Part shown: positions 21,001 through 28,823 of the stretch, piece by piece
Position numbering within the stretch: the stretch's first letter is position 1
How the letters are laid out: the number at the start of each line of letters is the position of its first letter
From: an uncultured Clostridia bacterium
GTDB taxonomy: Bacteria > Bacillota > Clostridia > Christensenellales > UBA1242
Assembly (NCBI GenBank): GCA_944377485.1
Contig: CALWFB010000002.1
Location: 16,779 to 80,778 of the forward strand
Length of the DNA: 64,000 nt
Direction of reading: 5' to 3'
Position numbers and translations under genes: made by a program
Notes under the pieces: generated by a model
Databases searched by the model: none
Seen by the model: only the letters and a program-made list of their open reading frames with translations
Told to the model about the DNA's origin: nothing

Positions 21001-23232
21001 GCTATTCCTAAATGCCTTATCATTCTCTTCAAATTCATAATTAATGTCCGATGTTGACAATCTTTGATATACATAACAATTAATAGTCAAACTATATCCA
21101 TTCGCATGACTAAATGTAATTTTGTACTCACCAATATCTGTATTGCGATTGAACACAAACAAAATTGCATTAGCCACACCATTATTACTATCAAATGTAT
21201 AATTGATTGTACTGCCGCCAACAATTACATTGTTTCCATTGTCCTTACCATTACCATCGTTGATTGAATATTGTTTTAAGGTTAACGGATTATCTTTACC
21301 TCCTTGAACTGATACTTCAAAATCTGCATTTGTAAGTTCTCTATCTCTCTCCCCTAATACATTACCAGGTCCAACATACAAAATATAAGCATGTATATCT
21401 GAATTGTCTGTACCTTCCAATCTATTGAGATAAACATTGTTTACAACATATGCTTGTGCGTTATTGTCGGTATAAATTGTCTCCCTATATGAACCATCTG
21501 CCTGAGCCTGACTTAAATATCCTGCATTAACTTCCAGATTTCTAACCCCTTCCAATCTATTAAATGTCAAATTAATAGTCGTATTTTCTATCTCTTGCAA
21601 ATACAAATACTCGCCAGAATAATATGTAAATACATTTATATTTAAGGTATAATCATCATTTTCATTGTCCGTTTCTACATATTTAATATACAAATTATCC
21701 ACATTGCTAAACGGTTCTGATACCAATAAACTTAACTCTGTATCATAATAAAATTTTAAAGGCTGATTGTATAAGTATAATTCTAGTACATATTTATTAT
21801 CTCTATAAGCATATCCAGTATTTTCATTGCTTGTAATTAGTGTTGAAAAGGTATCATCTGTATAAATTCTATTCACTCCAACAAAATCACCATTCTGTGA
21901 TAAATATGCATTCAAAATTTCAGGTTGGATACTAATTCTCATGCCTTTCAAGTCCGAATAACTATATTCTACGATAGGATTAAAATTGAACAACGCACCG
22001 AGAGCACTTCCTCCTGAGACATAATAATCGTACAAATCAATACTGTAATTGATATCAACAGGTTCTCCCTGCATTTCAACTTCAATGTCGCTTGGTTTTA
22101 CTTCACCTTTCACTTTAAGAGTCTTTTCAATTACTGAAATATCTCCAACGCAATTTTTTGGCACCAATCTTATTGTCACTTCAACTTCTGTCTCTGTATA
22201 ATCAACTGCCTGTACAACCAAATTGTTTCCAGCATTGTATGTTGAGATGTTTTCGTCAGTAGTTTGCATGTCTATTTCATAGAAATCATAATAATTAATC
22301 TCACCAGCATCTAAATCAACATAGTCTTCACCCTGCAAATATTGTAGCATCAGTTGAATATTATTGAAATTATATTGTTTGTTGTCCGGTGTGGTCACGA
22401 CACCTAAATCTTTTGAAATCAAATAAATCGTTTCATTAGAATTCAAATATTCTTGATGGTATTCATCAGTAGATAAATAAACCATATCAGAACTAAGAGT
22501 CCTAATAAATTTAAAGGTAATTTCATTATTTTGGTATTCTGTCAATTCATATCCATTCATATAAGTGACAGGATATAATGTCAGTTCAGCCCCTACTGGC
22601 ACATTCTCGCCAACAACAAAACCTTCAATTAAGAAATTATCTGAATTTGCACTCACATACTTGAAATTAACATCTTGAACAAAAGAGTCATCTTTCACTT
22701 TAAAGTATACGTTATCCGTGCTACCGCCTGGCAATAGCGTGACAACATCTTTTGAATTAATGAAAACTTCCCTATCTCCGCTTTCCGGAATTGAAATTAT
22801 GTATGTATCAGCACTTGTGATAATGTTATTTGATTTTCTACTGATTGTTAGGTCTATGCTATAAGTCTTATTTGAGGCACCATGAAGGACTACTAGTTTT
22901 CCACTTCCACTCATATTGTTTGCACTAATATCAACATAGTACGTATCATTTTGTAAACGAGGATTTGAAACTGTAATCAATTCACTAGGATTAGAATAAA
23001 TTTTTACATCACCGATATCTGATGAATCTATACCAGAAAAACGCACACCTATGGTGGTCGATTGCAATTCATCATTATTGCTATCAATAATCAAATTAAT
23101 TGATTCAATAGCATTCCCGCTTGCAGAATAAAATCTCATTTGCAAATCAGCATATTTATCACCGCATGCTGAAAAAACAATACATGATAAGAACGTAAAG
23201 AATATTAAAGCGAAAGTATAGATTTTTTTCAT
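12034..23232 (-). CDS. giant (3732 aa) surface lipoprotein/adhesin-like protein with GLUG-type repeat blocks
   Basis: Uninterrupted 11.2-kb ORF. SD AGGGGAG. Signal peptide plus Cys (MKKIYTFALIFFTFLSCIVFSAC-GDK). Three zones of G-rich motifs (VGGLAGIV, VGGIAGSS, IGGIIGIN, VAGIIGRN, TGGIIGAN) typical of GLUG repeats. The rest is N/T/S/Y-rich and beta-strand-like. Confidence 0.85.
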   Translation of the reverse strand: MKKIYTFALIFFTFLSCIVFSACGDKYADLQMRFYSASGNAIESINLIIDSNNDELQSTTIGVRFSGIDSSDIGDVKIYSNPSELITVSNPRLQNDTYYVDISANNMSGSGKLVVLHGASNKTYSIDLTISRKSNNIITSADTYIISIPESGDREVFINSKDVVTLLPGGSTDNVYFKVKDDSFVQDVNFKYVSANSDNFLIEGFVVGENVPVGAELTLYPVTYMNGYELTEYQNNEITFKFIRTLSSDMVYLSTDEYHQEYLNSNETIYLISKDLGVVTTPDNKQYNFNNIQLMLQYLQGEDYVDLDAGEINYYDFYEIDMQTTDENISTYNAGNNLVVQAVDYTETEVEVTIRLVPKNCVGDISVIEKTLKVKGEVKPSDIEVEMQGEPVDINYSIDLYDYYVSGGSALGALFNFNPIVEYSYSDLKGMRISIQPEILNAYLSQNGDFVGVNRIYTDDTFSTLITSNENTGYAYRDNKYVLELYLYNQPLKFYYDTELSLLVSEPFSNVDNLYIKYVETDNENDDYTLNINVFTYYSGEYLYLQEIENTTINLTFNRLEGVRNLEVNAGYLSQAQADGSYRETIYTDNNAQAYVVNNVYLNRLEGTDNSDIHAYILYVGPGNVLGERDRELTNADFEVSVQGGKDNPLTLKQYSINDGNGKDNGNNVIVGGSTINYTFDSNNGVANAILFVFNRNTDIGEYKITFSHANGYSLTINCYVYQRLSTSDINYEFEENDKAFRNSNYISDGDITNISYLYPDYTADYIVAAGQTLNLQVLLDDYFLDTSYVIGYDFTAEFNDTTIELVSDYLRLENFNNSTDITFVKGTYFNDRNYYINLNIIVRVQNYSDIITPNGYIEIPITRSFFIYEEIGDDEIEINYNSVDRYMLEYLGAYYLDQASVNLEVSILGEDRQYLWNYVQAYNQEEDYNIGITSNETVDGETGETHVDNQYKVVWYTENNDFITTDDQGDKNIELTFSRGQDEYTTSYYRDIYAQVKQFNTTYTFRSRVTVHKPIITQTITVESEVNFTADSRQEYYIDLKAGEEYQVVAENSSTEGNVTNDDIFMVMVDNQGNQNYNFVTLDNNTYTLIVREGELSSNANLKLIIFAKDALNQNISQSTAGFDDISSFLMNGSDENPNAYKNAYIVINIYLSDGSQSNPYIINDANDFWEINSDTDAHYRLMNNIDISNTSYMGEKVITDFSGTIVTYQDNNNISYTYTLYGISLDNDNYNLFKNFSGSISNVNFNVDYAYDITVGADTYLGVFDINKGALTNVSVVFNGNASINQENATAPMIYFGSLVGENRGEISYTSNVIVGGLGDIRLSGNANVYYGGLVGRNLAKIEGYNNSVSTNNLNTNYSLLNSNRRENSEIIFSVYIANEGAMADVNIRSNITNSNSAIGGIIGINDYESDGAGNQSVGTLSNAFVTGTITGLNNIGGAIGINRTPKLNMTVTIGSGQITDIKQTANTSGESRNDVYYVQNVKSNIVISGGDYVGGIVGSDDGGSYKEVHYQILSSTGTGITANSRVGGIAGSSNNGIFIYCSVMSYRWDYNALRSNGNYNDTFNSTPDIVGSNYVAGIVGYATNEGNTSFNDGANELETVIVQLSSVNAYILADTGTALISDAGAILANGQSTNMSIVYNAYFIGKIEGAVFYETSTDQTNRLPLANNTNVVFNDVYTVVVDNEELVIGNYADGYGQMLIGSDNDNMENWNDSTYWAYNEEINGGYIYLLNENGECLFEIAPTSLSALIKDEYKLTYNDVELDSIIHLDYYEFSLDTTDENYTLLYNALNERYNTYDLLDLFDFEYEPTSLSQIRIYAETSNSSIIYINNSEIIVRGVGQCTITFISILNTSIRASITFDVSYATGDNLIISDSALSSNDIDNVEQNIAYNKAKQYYIMSTGTVDYNNEQYQYLANEDIYLRVEVGIVGDLDTDYSYTQIPDYISVSGVVGNVDDVNEKIIYIIDSNTPFSISVLNYLLDGHLSIAITPYTIIRYQDSTLGNIEIDRVLSNAITTFDLYTRQGASKISLNYDSVTLYPNDNTTITAFITTDIELTEQDLATDLSYSHMFYDIETGLDLTDVNLTANIELIRNEGLNTDTGLQTVYYRLTIDEITPTTSNNPIGLRLTYTLLNGENASINFTILPQRINKIEIKNYVYSSEDGSITQSNVLRPTGEGLIILDIAPSNGYYDYLEISDVTGREEIIFAQIDGVNGSRLSEMDRPSSDGTGIRLIKDYDGFNGSLYIATMISNTYSSMVHTIKVTAFLNSGEQIGSSFYYEIDVKMLPGIQVDYLKPNGETVISYTDTSSNIGTIYVANNVDTRFRISTTNSDGNVDISLDSTNFEMVEEYNGYYSLRFTNPSANLIGETSSITFTTRATLENGDYEEASVEIQIQIVEFVIHDISVTHSRTNSSGDTEIYGDYGVNVELEFYFDDTDISYYNGNSFWDRVYRYDESITESSGATYYINEILKALNTDRSADNNTRNKYLSLSNYDLDDDNKMKDISLYGNTLRVEAGNLGAILNLDFLLKLNADNYWEITSQDEIITTNISNMRSGDVISEYSYNYYLNFINSNSYEEPEVITSEEEFLTMQSGEDVHYILARDLVFDNYIPIDVNVKTFDGNGHTITIRSFDLFDDEVIYAGLFEQIYEGMIVMNLNVEYQTVNNGTGSYSFGQVRPSTSSFSINYADICNNPEINYSAAYFGAITPVNNGIITNCKSSGYVALHASTIESKTSSYNIEFYMGGLVAQNASTGYITNSTSALSMFALANMGGLAYSNEGKIVSSAFDAQTPIFTYEGDSAIYSGGGFIYAYNNSVVNTSLVSVAGFVVNNSGEISMSYVHSGSTELQSTTSVRNTIGNISAKDISAGFVYSNTNSIYDCYVNLTKIGANNNRFSGFANGNSGSISRCYTYINEGNRNSSEVNMFAPTNTTGISDSYEIMIIPDGYNNRIEGLTTIRTSLMTQESSYPAFTFGDNESAVWYLDSGMTPRLVISNEKVEYTANQTPSDDMYYGLRNIRIIKETITDDDGHTTVITNYETINGTYGSKENPYLIYDLNTWDFYFSDETTHYYRLISDIDFSSINGNPTTSEYTFKGNIQGNNMDISGLMIYSGSSLNSIGLFKDMVGADDISIKNSVRNLDINVKSILATKTTAVGSLAGIIEDFNVYNIDIDADGVIVVGANAVGGLAGIVRGNINVENITSNIGVNSTRASSGYRYSIYLSRNNGQEISYNLTNVYYAGSIIGIVDGYQNANYDINNSRDIVNSTYFDVKDINVSGNITAIGDTVGGAFGLIGERIRVSDVNIDINNGSLSGAQYSALVAGENRGLILDSNIISESDTLFNSSNNVSAGLVGLNLGGYIDNVNVNANIVKTDTNNTVAGIIGRNVNGYIRNSYYNGNLLGYITGGIIGANYDRETLINRTSGAGAIETDGHQAVPANTLTYRENGSEITDKISNVSVGVDSLNYWFNNMRSFYTYLNEQNSFDEAVRASRVLGLMIGVSNSNNMVYQISLDENEMTFNGDINDSYMGLVDTALLYTGNEEYDIMYSNIIDLDNTQYDCTYITYILGANVSTFDAWDRETYSDSRLVLTPETDKINRLDFVVVNGDDSTTLRNYYINADRLNSSVNENKYVFSLTKHTENTIVGTSSFNLYYEFILKYFDEDTDLNIEIISTNDDDEENTETSNLTAEEIAALVSRNEAFITFAENRSIQVKFTGKVNGESVIYTYIFNKLN

Positions 23233-23384
23233 TTTCTCCCCTATTATAATTTAACCTAAATGCGACAAATTATTTTAATTAAATTAATATTTAATATTAT
23301 AGAAAATATATACAGAATTTGTCAAATAATTTGGAAATAATCATAATTAAAAAATATATAAATATATTTAAAAAAGGAAAATAT

Positions 23385-23663
23385 ATGGAAAATAAAGAAA
23401 ATGAAATAAAAAAAGAACAATTAATTGTTTTAAGTAATAAAGCAAATTTATCCGTTTCTGGGACAAATAAAATAATTAGTTTAAAACCGGAATTAATTCA
23501 ATTAGATACCAATTTTGGTGGATTAATGATTACAGGAGAAAATTTAGAACTTGTAAAATTAGATAATACAACAACACGTGCCGAAATAAATGGTAATATT
23601 AATTCAATAAAATTTGTGCAAGGAAAAGAAAAAGAACCATTTTTTAGGAAAATATTTAAATGA
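23385..23663 (+). CDS. yabP: sporulation protein YabP
   Basis: SD AAGGAAAA plus ATG 23385 (the track ORF starts 22 codons earlier). YabP/YqfC-like sequence (LSVSGTNKIISLKPELIQLDTNFGGLMITGENLEL). Gene order yabP-yabQ-divIC as in Bacillus. Confidence 0.75.
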   Translation: MENKENEIKKEQLIVLSNKANLSVSGTNKIISLKPELIQLDTNFGGLMITGENLELVKLDNTTTRAEINGNINSIKFVQGKEKEPFFRKIFK

Positions 23664-24031
23664 TTTTTTCAACATTTAATCAATTAAATTGCTTTTTATT
23701 ATTTTTATATTTTGGAATTATACTTGGATTAATTTCAAAAATATTTTTTATCCTATTTTTAAATAAATTTCAAAAAATAATTATAAAAAATATAATTTTT
23801 GCAATATTTTACACGTTTTTTTCAATATTTTTTGTTTTTTTAATAAATTTTTACAATTTGGGTCAATTTAGTTATGCTTTAATCCTTGCATATATTTTAG
23901 GATTTTTGTGGTTTAATTTTCTTAGTAAAAATTTAGTTGTCTTTTTGGAAAACAAATGGTATACTATAATTAGAAAACTAAAACAAAGGATTTTCAAAAG
24001 GAAACTAAATGACACAAGCAAAGAAAACTAA
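23660..24031 (+). CDS. yabQ: spore cortex biosynthesis protein YabQ-like membrane protein
   Basis: ATGA overlap with yabP. 123 aa with 3-4 TM helices. Call rests on position after yabP. Confidence 0.6.
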   Translation: MIFSTFNQLNCFLLFLYFGIILGLISKIFFILFLNKFQKIIIKNIIFAIFYTFFSIFFVFLINFYNLGQFSYALILAYILGFLWFNFLSKNLVVFLENKWYTIIRKLKQRIFKRKLNDTSKEN

Positions 24032-24272
24032 ATTAATTTTAATCTCTGCAATATGTATTATTGTTCTTCTTTTAATTATTAGTGTAGCACAAATTGTCTC
24101 TATCAATAACAAACAGCGACAATTAGAAAATCAGCAAATTGAAATTGATAGACTGAATGATGAGTTGAATTATTATGAAAATCAAAATAAAGCGAATAGC
24201 AGTTCAGAAGAAGATAAAGATGCGTATGATGACAAAAATGGCGACATTGAAATTATAGTAGGTGAAGAATGA
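24009..24272 (+). CDS. septum formation initiator (DivIC/FtsB family)-like
   Basis: 87 aa: one TM helix followed by a coiled coil (QRQLENQQIEIDRLNDELNYYENQ). Positioned after yabQ. Confidence 0.55.
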   Translation: MTQAKKTKLILISAICIIVLLLIISVAQIVSINNKQRQLENQQIEIDRLNDELNYYENQNKANSSSEEDKDAYDDKNGDIEIIVGEE

Positions 24273-24817
24273 TTATAACAATAACGGGCAAACCATGTAG
24301 CGGAAAAGGCAGCATTAGTAAATATATTTGTGATAAATACAATTTTGAATACATTTGCACAGGGGATATGTTCAGAGAATTGACCAAAAAACATGGTTAT
24401 GCGAACATTCTACATTTCCAAACAAAAAATGAAAATATTAAAGACTTTGATAAAATTATTGATAACAAAATCGAGCATATTGGCAAAACTAGATTAAAGG
24501 ATGATATTATCATAGATTCAAGATTAGCATGGCACTTTATTCCAAAATCATTCAAAGTATTTATAGATATCGACTGGGACATTGCAGCTAATCGATTGTT
24601 GAATTCAAATCGAGATACTGAAAAAGTTGAATCTCATGAAGAAGCTATCACGACATTAAAAAACCGCTGGGATATAGAAAATACCAGATATCAAGAACTA
24701 TATAATGTTGACAATAACAATCTTAGTAATTACGATTTAGTTATAAAGAGTGATAAAAGCGTAGAAGAATTATCCGAATTCGTTTATAAAAAATACAAAG
24801 AATTTATTTCAAAATAA
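24269..24817 (+). CDS. cytidylate kinase-like P-loop kinase
   Basis: ATGA overlap with the upstream gene. MIITITGKPCSGKGS P-loop. DSRLAWHFIP...KVFIDID...AANR resembles short Cmk-family kinases. Confidence 0.6.
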   Translation: MIITITGKPCSGKGSISKYICDKYNFEYICTGDMFRELTKKHGYANILHFQTKNENIKDFDKIIDNKIEHIGKTRLKDDIIIDSRLAWHFIPKSFKVFIDIDWDIAANRLLNSNRDTEKVESHEEAITTLKNRWDIENTRYQELYNVDNNNLSNYDLVIKSDKSVEELSEFVYKKYKEFISK

Positions 24818-24875
24818 ATTCTTTTTTTTATTGAGAATTTAATTAGATTTTTAATGTATTAAAAAATTTTGTATC

Positions 24876-24904
24876 TTACATTGTTTTTAACATTTTCATA
24901 TAAT
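24876..24904 (+). promoter_or_regulatory. promoter, leaderless geometry (TVP38 gene)
   Basis: TATAAT (24899-24904), 6 nt, ATG 24911. No SD. The -35 (TTACAT) is weak. Confidence 0.45.
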
Positions 24905-24910
24905 GACAAT

Positions 24911-25603
24911 ATGAAGAACTGGTTAAAACTCGCATTAGTCATAATATTTTTCGCACTGATTAGTATAATTACATATTTAATCATGCGTGCTTGCGGAATC
25001 GCAGATATTGAAAGTTTAAGAAAATTGATTCTAGATAGTCAACAATATGGAATTTTAACATTCCTATTAATTGAGATATTGTTATTCATTTTATTCTGTT
25101 TCGTACCCGTACTTAACACTGCTCTTGTATTATTGGGTTGTTTGCTTTTTAGTGCAAAAACCACTTTCTTAATCTCTTGGTTAGCCTCAATCATTTCATC
25201 AACTCTACTATTCTTTCTTGGCGACAAATTTGGTGAAAAATTAGCCGTCAAACTCATAGGGAAAAAGGAATTGGAACACGCACAAGATTTAGTCGATAGC
25301 AAAAGTAAACTATTACTACCTATTGTCTTTTCCCTCCCTATATTCCCAGACGATGCTATATGTATAGTCGCCGGTATGACCAAAATGAAATTTTCTTTCT
25401 TTATTATCATAACAATTATATTTAGAGGAATTGACAATCTAATAGTTTGTTTCCTAGGTAGCGGAATAATATCTTGGTCAGACTTGTCAGTTTTAGACTG
25501 GATTATATTAATTAATATGCTCATAATAGATATTTATCTTATATTTAAATTTCAAAAATTTTTTGAAAATTATATAAAAAATAAGAAAAATGACAAAAAA
25601 TAA
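24911..25603 (+). CDS. TVP38/TMEM64 (DedA-related) family membrane protein
   Basis: Start moved to ATG 24911 (MKNWLKLALVIIFF). Multi-TM, with a family-like LGDKFGEKL segment. Confidence 0.65.
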   Translation: MKNWLKLALVIIFFALISIITYLIMRACGIADIESLRKLILDSQQYGILTFLLIEILLFILFCFVPVLNTALVLLGCLLFSAKTTFLISWLASIISSTLLFFLGDKFGEKLAVKLIGKKELEHAQDLVDSKSKLLLPIVFSLPIFPDDAICIVAGMTKMKFSFFIIITIIFRGIDNLIVCFLGSGIISWSDLSVLDWIILINMLIIDIYLIFKFQKFFENYIKNKKNDKK

Positions 25604-25619
25604 CTTAATTCAACATTTT

Positions 25620-26240
25620 TTATCTGTCAATATACGGATTTTTAAAATTTTTCTTATTAACTTGCCTGGCACGTGCAATTGCAAGTTCACCCACATCTAC
25701 ATCGTTATTGATTGTACTTCCAGCTGCAATATATGCATTATCACTAAGTACTACCGGAGCAATTAAATTAGAATTTGAGCCTACAAAAACATTGTCACCA
25801 AGATATGATTTTTGTTTTATCTTCCCATTGTAATTACAGAACACTACTCCACAACCAATGTTGCAATTTATACCCATCTCTGCATCTCCAATGTACGCAA
25901 GATGTGCCATTTTGCAACCTCTACCTATCACTGAATTTTTTATTTCAACAAAATTTCCAATTCGACAATTCTCTGCAATTTGGCTATTATCTCGAATATG
26001 GGCAAATGGACCAACCGTACTATTTTCACCAATCACTGAATTTTTAACAAAACTGGATATTATAATTGTACCCTTACAAATGTGAGAATTTTCTATAACT
26101 GAATTTGCCCCTATTTCAACATTCTCTTCAATTATTGAATCTCCCAAAATACAAACATTTGAACCCAATTTTACCTTCTCTGCCAGTTTTGATGAAGCTG
26201 AAACAACTATATTTTTTTCTTTAAACTCTTTAATTAACAT
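25620..26240 (-). CDS. hexapeptide-repeat acetyltransferase equivalent to the C-terminal (GlcN-1-P acetyltransferase) domain of GlmU; no uridyltransferase domain
   Basis: 206 aa. SD AGGAGA. Left-handed beta-helix repeats. GNFVEIKNS..GRGCKMAHLAYIGDAEMG..NIGCGVVFCNYNGKIK..LGDNVFVGSNSNLIAPV...ARARQ aligns by eye with the GlmU C-terminus. Confidence 0.7.
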   Translation of the reverse strand: MLIKEFKEKNIVVSASSKLAEKVKLGSNVCILGDSIIEENVEIGANSVIENSHICKGTIIISSFVKNSVIGENSTVGPFAHIRDNSQIAENCRIGNFVEIKNSVIGRGCKMAHLAYIGDAEMGINCNIGCGVVFCNYNGKIKQKSYLGDNVFVGSNSNLIAPVVLSDNAYIAAGSTINNDVDVGELAIARARQVNKKNFKNPYIDR

Positions 26241-26330
26241 AATTCTCCTATTGATAATTATTTATATTTGATTCAATCATTATTTATGTCTAAATAAAGA
26301 AGAATTAATGATAAAATTTTTATCAAGTTA

Positions 26331-26359
26331 TTGCTAAAAAATTAATAATTTTGTATAAT
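26331..26359 (+). promoter_or_regulatory. sigma-A promoter, leaderless geometry (first CPBP gene)
   Basis: TTGCTA, 17 nt, TGTATAAT, 6 nt, ATG 26366. No SD. Confidence 0.6.
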
Positions 26360-26365
26360 AAAACT

Positions 26366-27259
26366 ATGGAATCAAAAAAATTAACTATCAAAGATAGTTC
26401 AATAGCTTTTCTATCCGCATTTTTACTCAGTCAACTAGCAATAGTAATTGTGACTATTATTGCTATTTTTATTTGTAGTATTGCCAATATTGACAGTTCC
26501 AGTTATCAAACGTTTTTTAATACAAGTTATGGTTATCTGATTCTTGCCGCCACAATGTACCTTGTAATCACTCTAACATTTTTTGTAATAAATAAGAAAA
26601 AGGATAATCCAATAATTTCAAAACCTAGTGTGAAAAAAATTTTTATCTACATTGCAATCGCCATAATCTCATTTTTTGCGTTATACCCAATCATTACTAC
26701 TATTGATACATGGCTTGTAGATTTAGGTATTCAACTCAACACCATTCCATACGAATTGACCACACCTAATTATTTTATCTCATTAATCTCAATGGTCTTG
26801 CTTCCTGCGGTATGTGAAGAATTGTTGTTTAGAGGTTTGGTATTCAAAGGACTTAAACCTTATGGCAAGGTATTTTCAATAACCATTAGCGCATTAATTT
26901 TTTCCATATACCATATGTCGATTGACCAAACAATTTATCCTTTTTTGATTGGTTTGCTATTATCAGTAATAATGTATAAAGAAAACAACATATTATATTG
27001 TATTGCCATTCACTTTACTAACAATTTTTTATCTTTAACCTTCTCTTATCTCAAAATTAACTTTTCTTATGCTCATTGGACTTATATTTTAATTGCATTC
27101 ATATTGTTTATTGCTTTTTTAGCTATTGTATTGTATTTTACAATTAAGGGAAGTAAAAATATAGAAAAAGAAAAAATTTCAATGGAAGGTAAAGCATATT
27201 TCTATATTTGTCTAGTTATCATGATTATAATTTACATTCTATCCATAATTCAAAGTTAA
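26366..27259 (+). CDS. CPBP family intramembrane glutamic endopeptidase (CAAX protease/Abi)
   Basis: Motifs CEELLFRG, FSIYH and HFTNN in a polytopic protein. Start moved to ATG 26366. Confidence 0.8.
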   Translation: MESKKLTIKDSSIAFLSAFLLSQLAIVIVTIIAIFICSIANIDSSSYQTFFNTSYGYLILAATMYLVITLTFFVINKKKDNPIISKPSVKKIFIYIAIAIISFFALYPIITTIDTWLVDLGIQLNTIPYELTTPNYFISLISMVLLPAVCEELLFRGLVFKGLKPYGKVFSITISALIFSIYHMSIDQTIYPFLIGLLLSVIMYKENNILYCIAIHFTNNFLSLTFSYLKINFSYAHWTYILIAFILFIAFLAIVLYFTIKGSKNIEKEKISMEGKAYFYICLVIMIIIYILSIIQS

Positions 27260-27292
27260 TAAAAATTACAACTACTAAAAAGTAAAAAAATT

Positions 27293-28345
27293 ATGAAAAA
27301 TAAAACATTCTTTAAAATTAATATAATTTATTTCATAGCAATGATTTTGGTTGCTTTAATCTTTATTTTGGGATATCTGGGGTTTCTTCAAAACGAATAT
27401 ATATCCTCGTTTTTGATTCAAATAATGGTCATGTTTGCAATACCTTTGCTTATGTACACCATGTTTGTCAGCAAAAGTTTTAAGCAAACTTTCAAGGATA
27501 CTGGTTTCAAAAAAATCAGTGGTCGTATGATAGTTGTCGCTATTGTTTTGGGAATTGTATTATATTTTATCAATAATTTTGTTGCTCAATTCTTTTCTAG
27601 CATAATTTCTATATTTGGTTATGAAAATATTGGTCAAACAACCACTGTCACGTTTAGTTATGAACTGTTATTTAGAGAGTTTTTACTTTCATGTGTTTTA
27701 CCTGGGTTTTGTGAAGAATTTTTGCATAGAGGAATCATGCTACATGCAGGTAAAAAATGTGGAAATACTCGCTATGTATTAATATGCTCATCTATTTTGT
27801 TTGGGTTGATGCATCTAAATATCAACCAATTCTTTTATGCTGCAATTCTAGGATTTTTAATGGGATATGTTTCCATGGTTTCAGACAGCATATACCCTAG
27901 CATGATAATACATTTTATGAATAATTTTCTAAATACATATTTCTACTATGGATATTATCTAAACTGGCCTTTCGCAACTTTTATAAACGACTTACAAGCA
28001 TTGATAATGTCTAACATTTTTGTCTTTATCATAGTCAATACTTTATTAATGTTTATGCTCATTGCTTTGTATATCTATCTAACACGAGTCATAGCAAAAG
28101 AACGAGTCAGATATGACGTAAAAAAGATTATATCCTGTCTAGAAATTAACAATCTTCCAATTGAAGAAGCACAAAACAAAATCAATCAAGCAAATCAAAT
28201 TTTACAAAAGAGCGAATCTCTCAAATTCAAAAACACTGTTTCTAGCGGTACAAGATTTTCATTTCTATCACAAGTTTTCATAATTTCAAGTTTCATTTTA
28301 GGAGGATTAATAACCATTAGTACATTCATATGGGGGATAATCTAA
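27293..28345 (+). CDS. CPBP family intramembrane glutamic endopeptidase (second, tandem copy)
   Basis: Motifs CEEFLHRG, FGLMH and HFMNN. 350 aa with extra C-terminal helices. Confidence 0.8.
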   Translation: MKNKTFFKINIIYFIAMILVALIFILGYLGFLQNEYISSFLIQIMVMFAIPLLMYTMFVSKSFKQTFKDTGFKKISGRMIVVAIVLGIVLYFINNFVAQFFSSIISIFGYENIGQTTTVTFSYELLFREFLLSCVLPGFCEEFLHRGIMLHAGKKCGNTRYVLICSSILFGLMHLNINQFFYAAILGFLMGYVSMVSDSIYPSMIIHFMNNFLNTYFYYGYYLNWPFATFINDLQALIMSNIFVFIIVNTLLMFMLIALYIYLTRVIAKERVRYDVKKIISCLEINNLPIEEAQNKINQANQILQKSESLKFKNTVSSGTRFSFLSQVFIISSFILGGLITISTFIWGII

Positions 28346-28815
28346 TGCTAAAAATCAATATAATTGCAATAGGAGATATAAAAGAAAAATATTTAAAAGA
28401 CGGAATCAATGAATATTTAAAGCGACTATCTAGATTTGCCGACATAAAAATATATGAATTAAAAGAACATAACCCCACATCTTCCAATTCAAATGATATA
28501 ATTCTAGCACTACGAAGAGATGCTATTGAAATAAAGAAAAAAATTAAAGGATTAGTTGTCTGTCTTACACTAGAAGGTCAATCGATGGATAGCATTGATT
28601 TTGCAAAGTTCATAGAAAAATCAAGTCTAAAAACGAGCGAAATAACCTTTATAATTGGTGCATCAAATGGTTTAAGTGATGAAATTAAATCAATGTCCAC
28701 AAACAAAATTTCTTTTTCTAAAATGACTTTCCCTCACCAGTTGATGAGATTAATCTTATTAGAACAACTATATAGAGCATTCACAATTATCAATAATATT
28801 TCATATCACAAATAG
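28345..28815 (+). CDS. rlmH: 23S rRNA (pseudouridine1915-N3)-methyltransferase RlmH
   Basis: MLKINIIAIGDIKEKYLKDGINEY... and C-terminal MTFPHQLMRLILLEQLYRAFTI..YHK. Start taken at the 6th codon of the track ORF. Confidence 0.9.
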   Translation: MLKINIIAIGDIKEKYLKDGINEYLKRLSRFADIKIYELKEHNPTSSNSNDIILALRRDAIEIKKKIKGLVVCLTLEGQSMDSIDFAKFIEKSSLKTSEITFIIGASNGLSDEIKSMSTNKISFSKMTFPHQLMRLILLEQLYRAFTIINNISYHK

Positions 28816-28823
28816 AGGTGATT

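Noticed and set aside
23221-23232. A7 run right after the ATG of the giant lipoprotein gene as a phase-variation tract.
   Set aside because: It simply encodes Lys-Lys of an MKK signal peptide, which is common in this AT-rich genome. The tract is short.
24001-24241. Apparent 1-nt discrepancy between the printed bases and the ORF-track proteins for 23660-24031, 24009-24272 and 24182-24394.
   Set aside because: By hand I read one extra g near 24001 and one fewer g near 24240 than the track proteins imply. The printed bases would end yabQ at …IFKRETK, with its TGA overlapping the next ATG. This may be my miscount. Coordinates on both sides agree with the track, so I kept the track coordinates and draw no biological conclusion.
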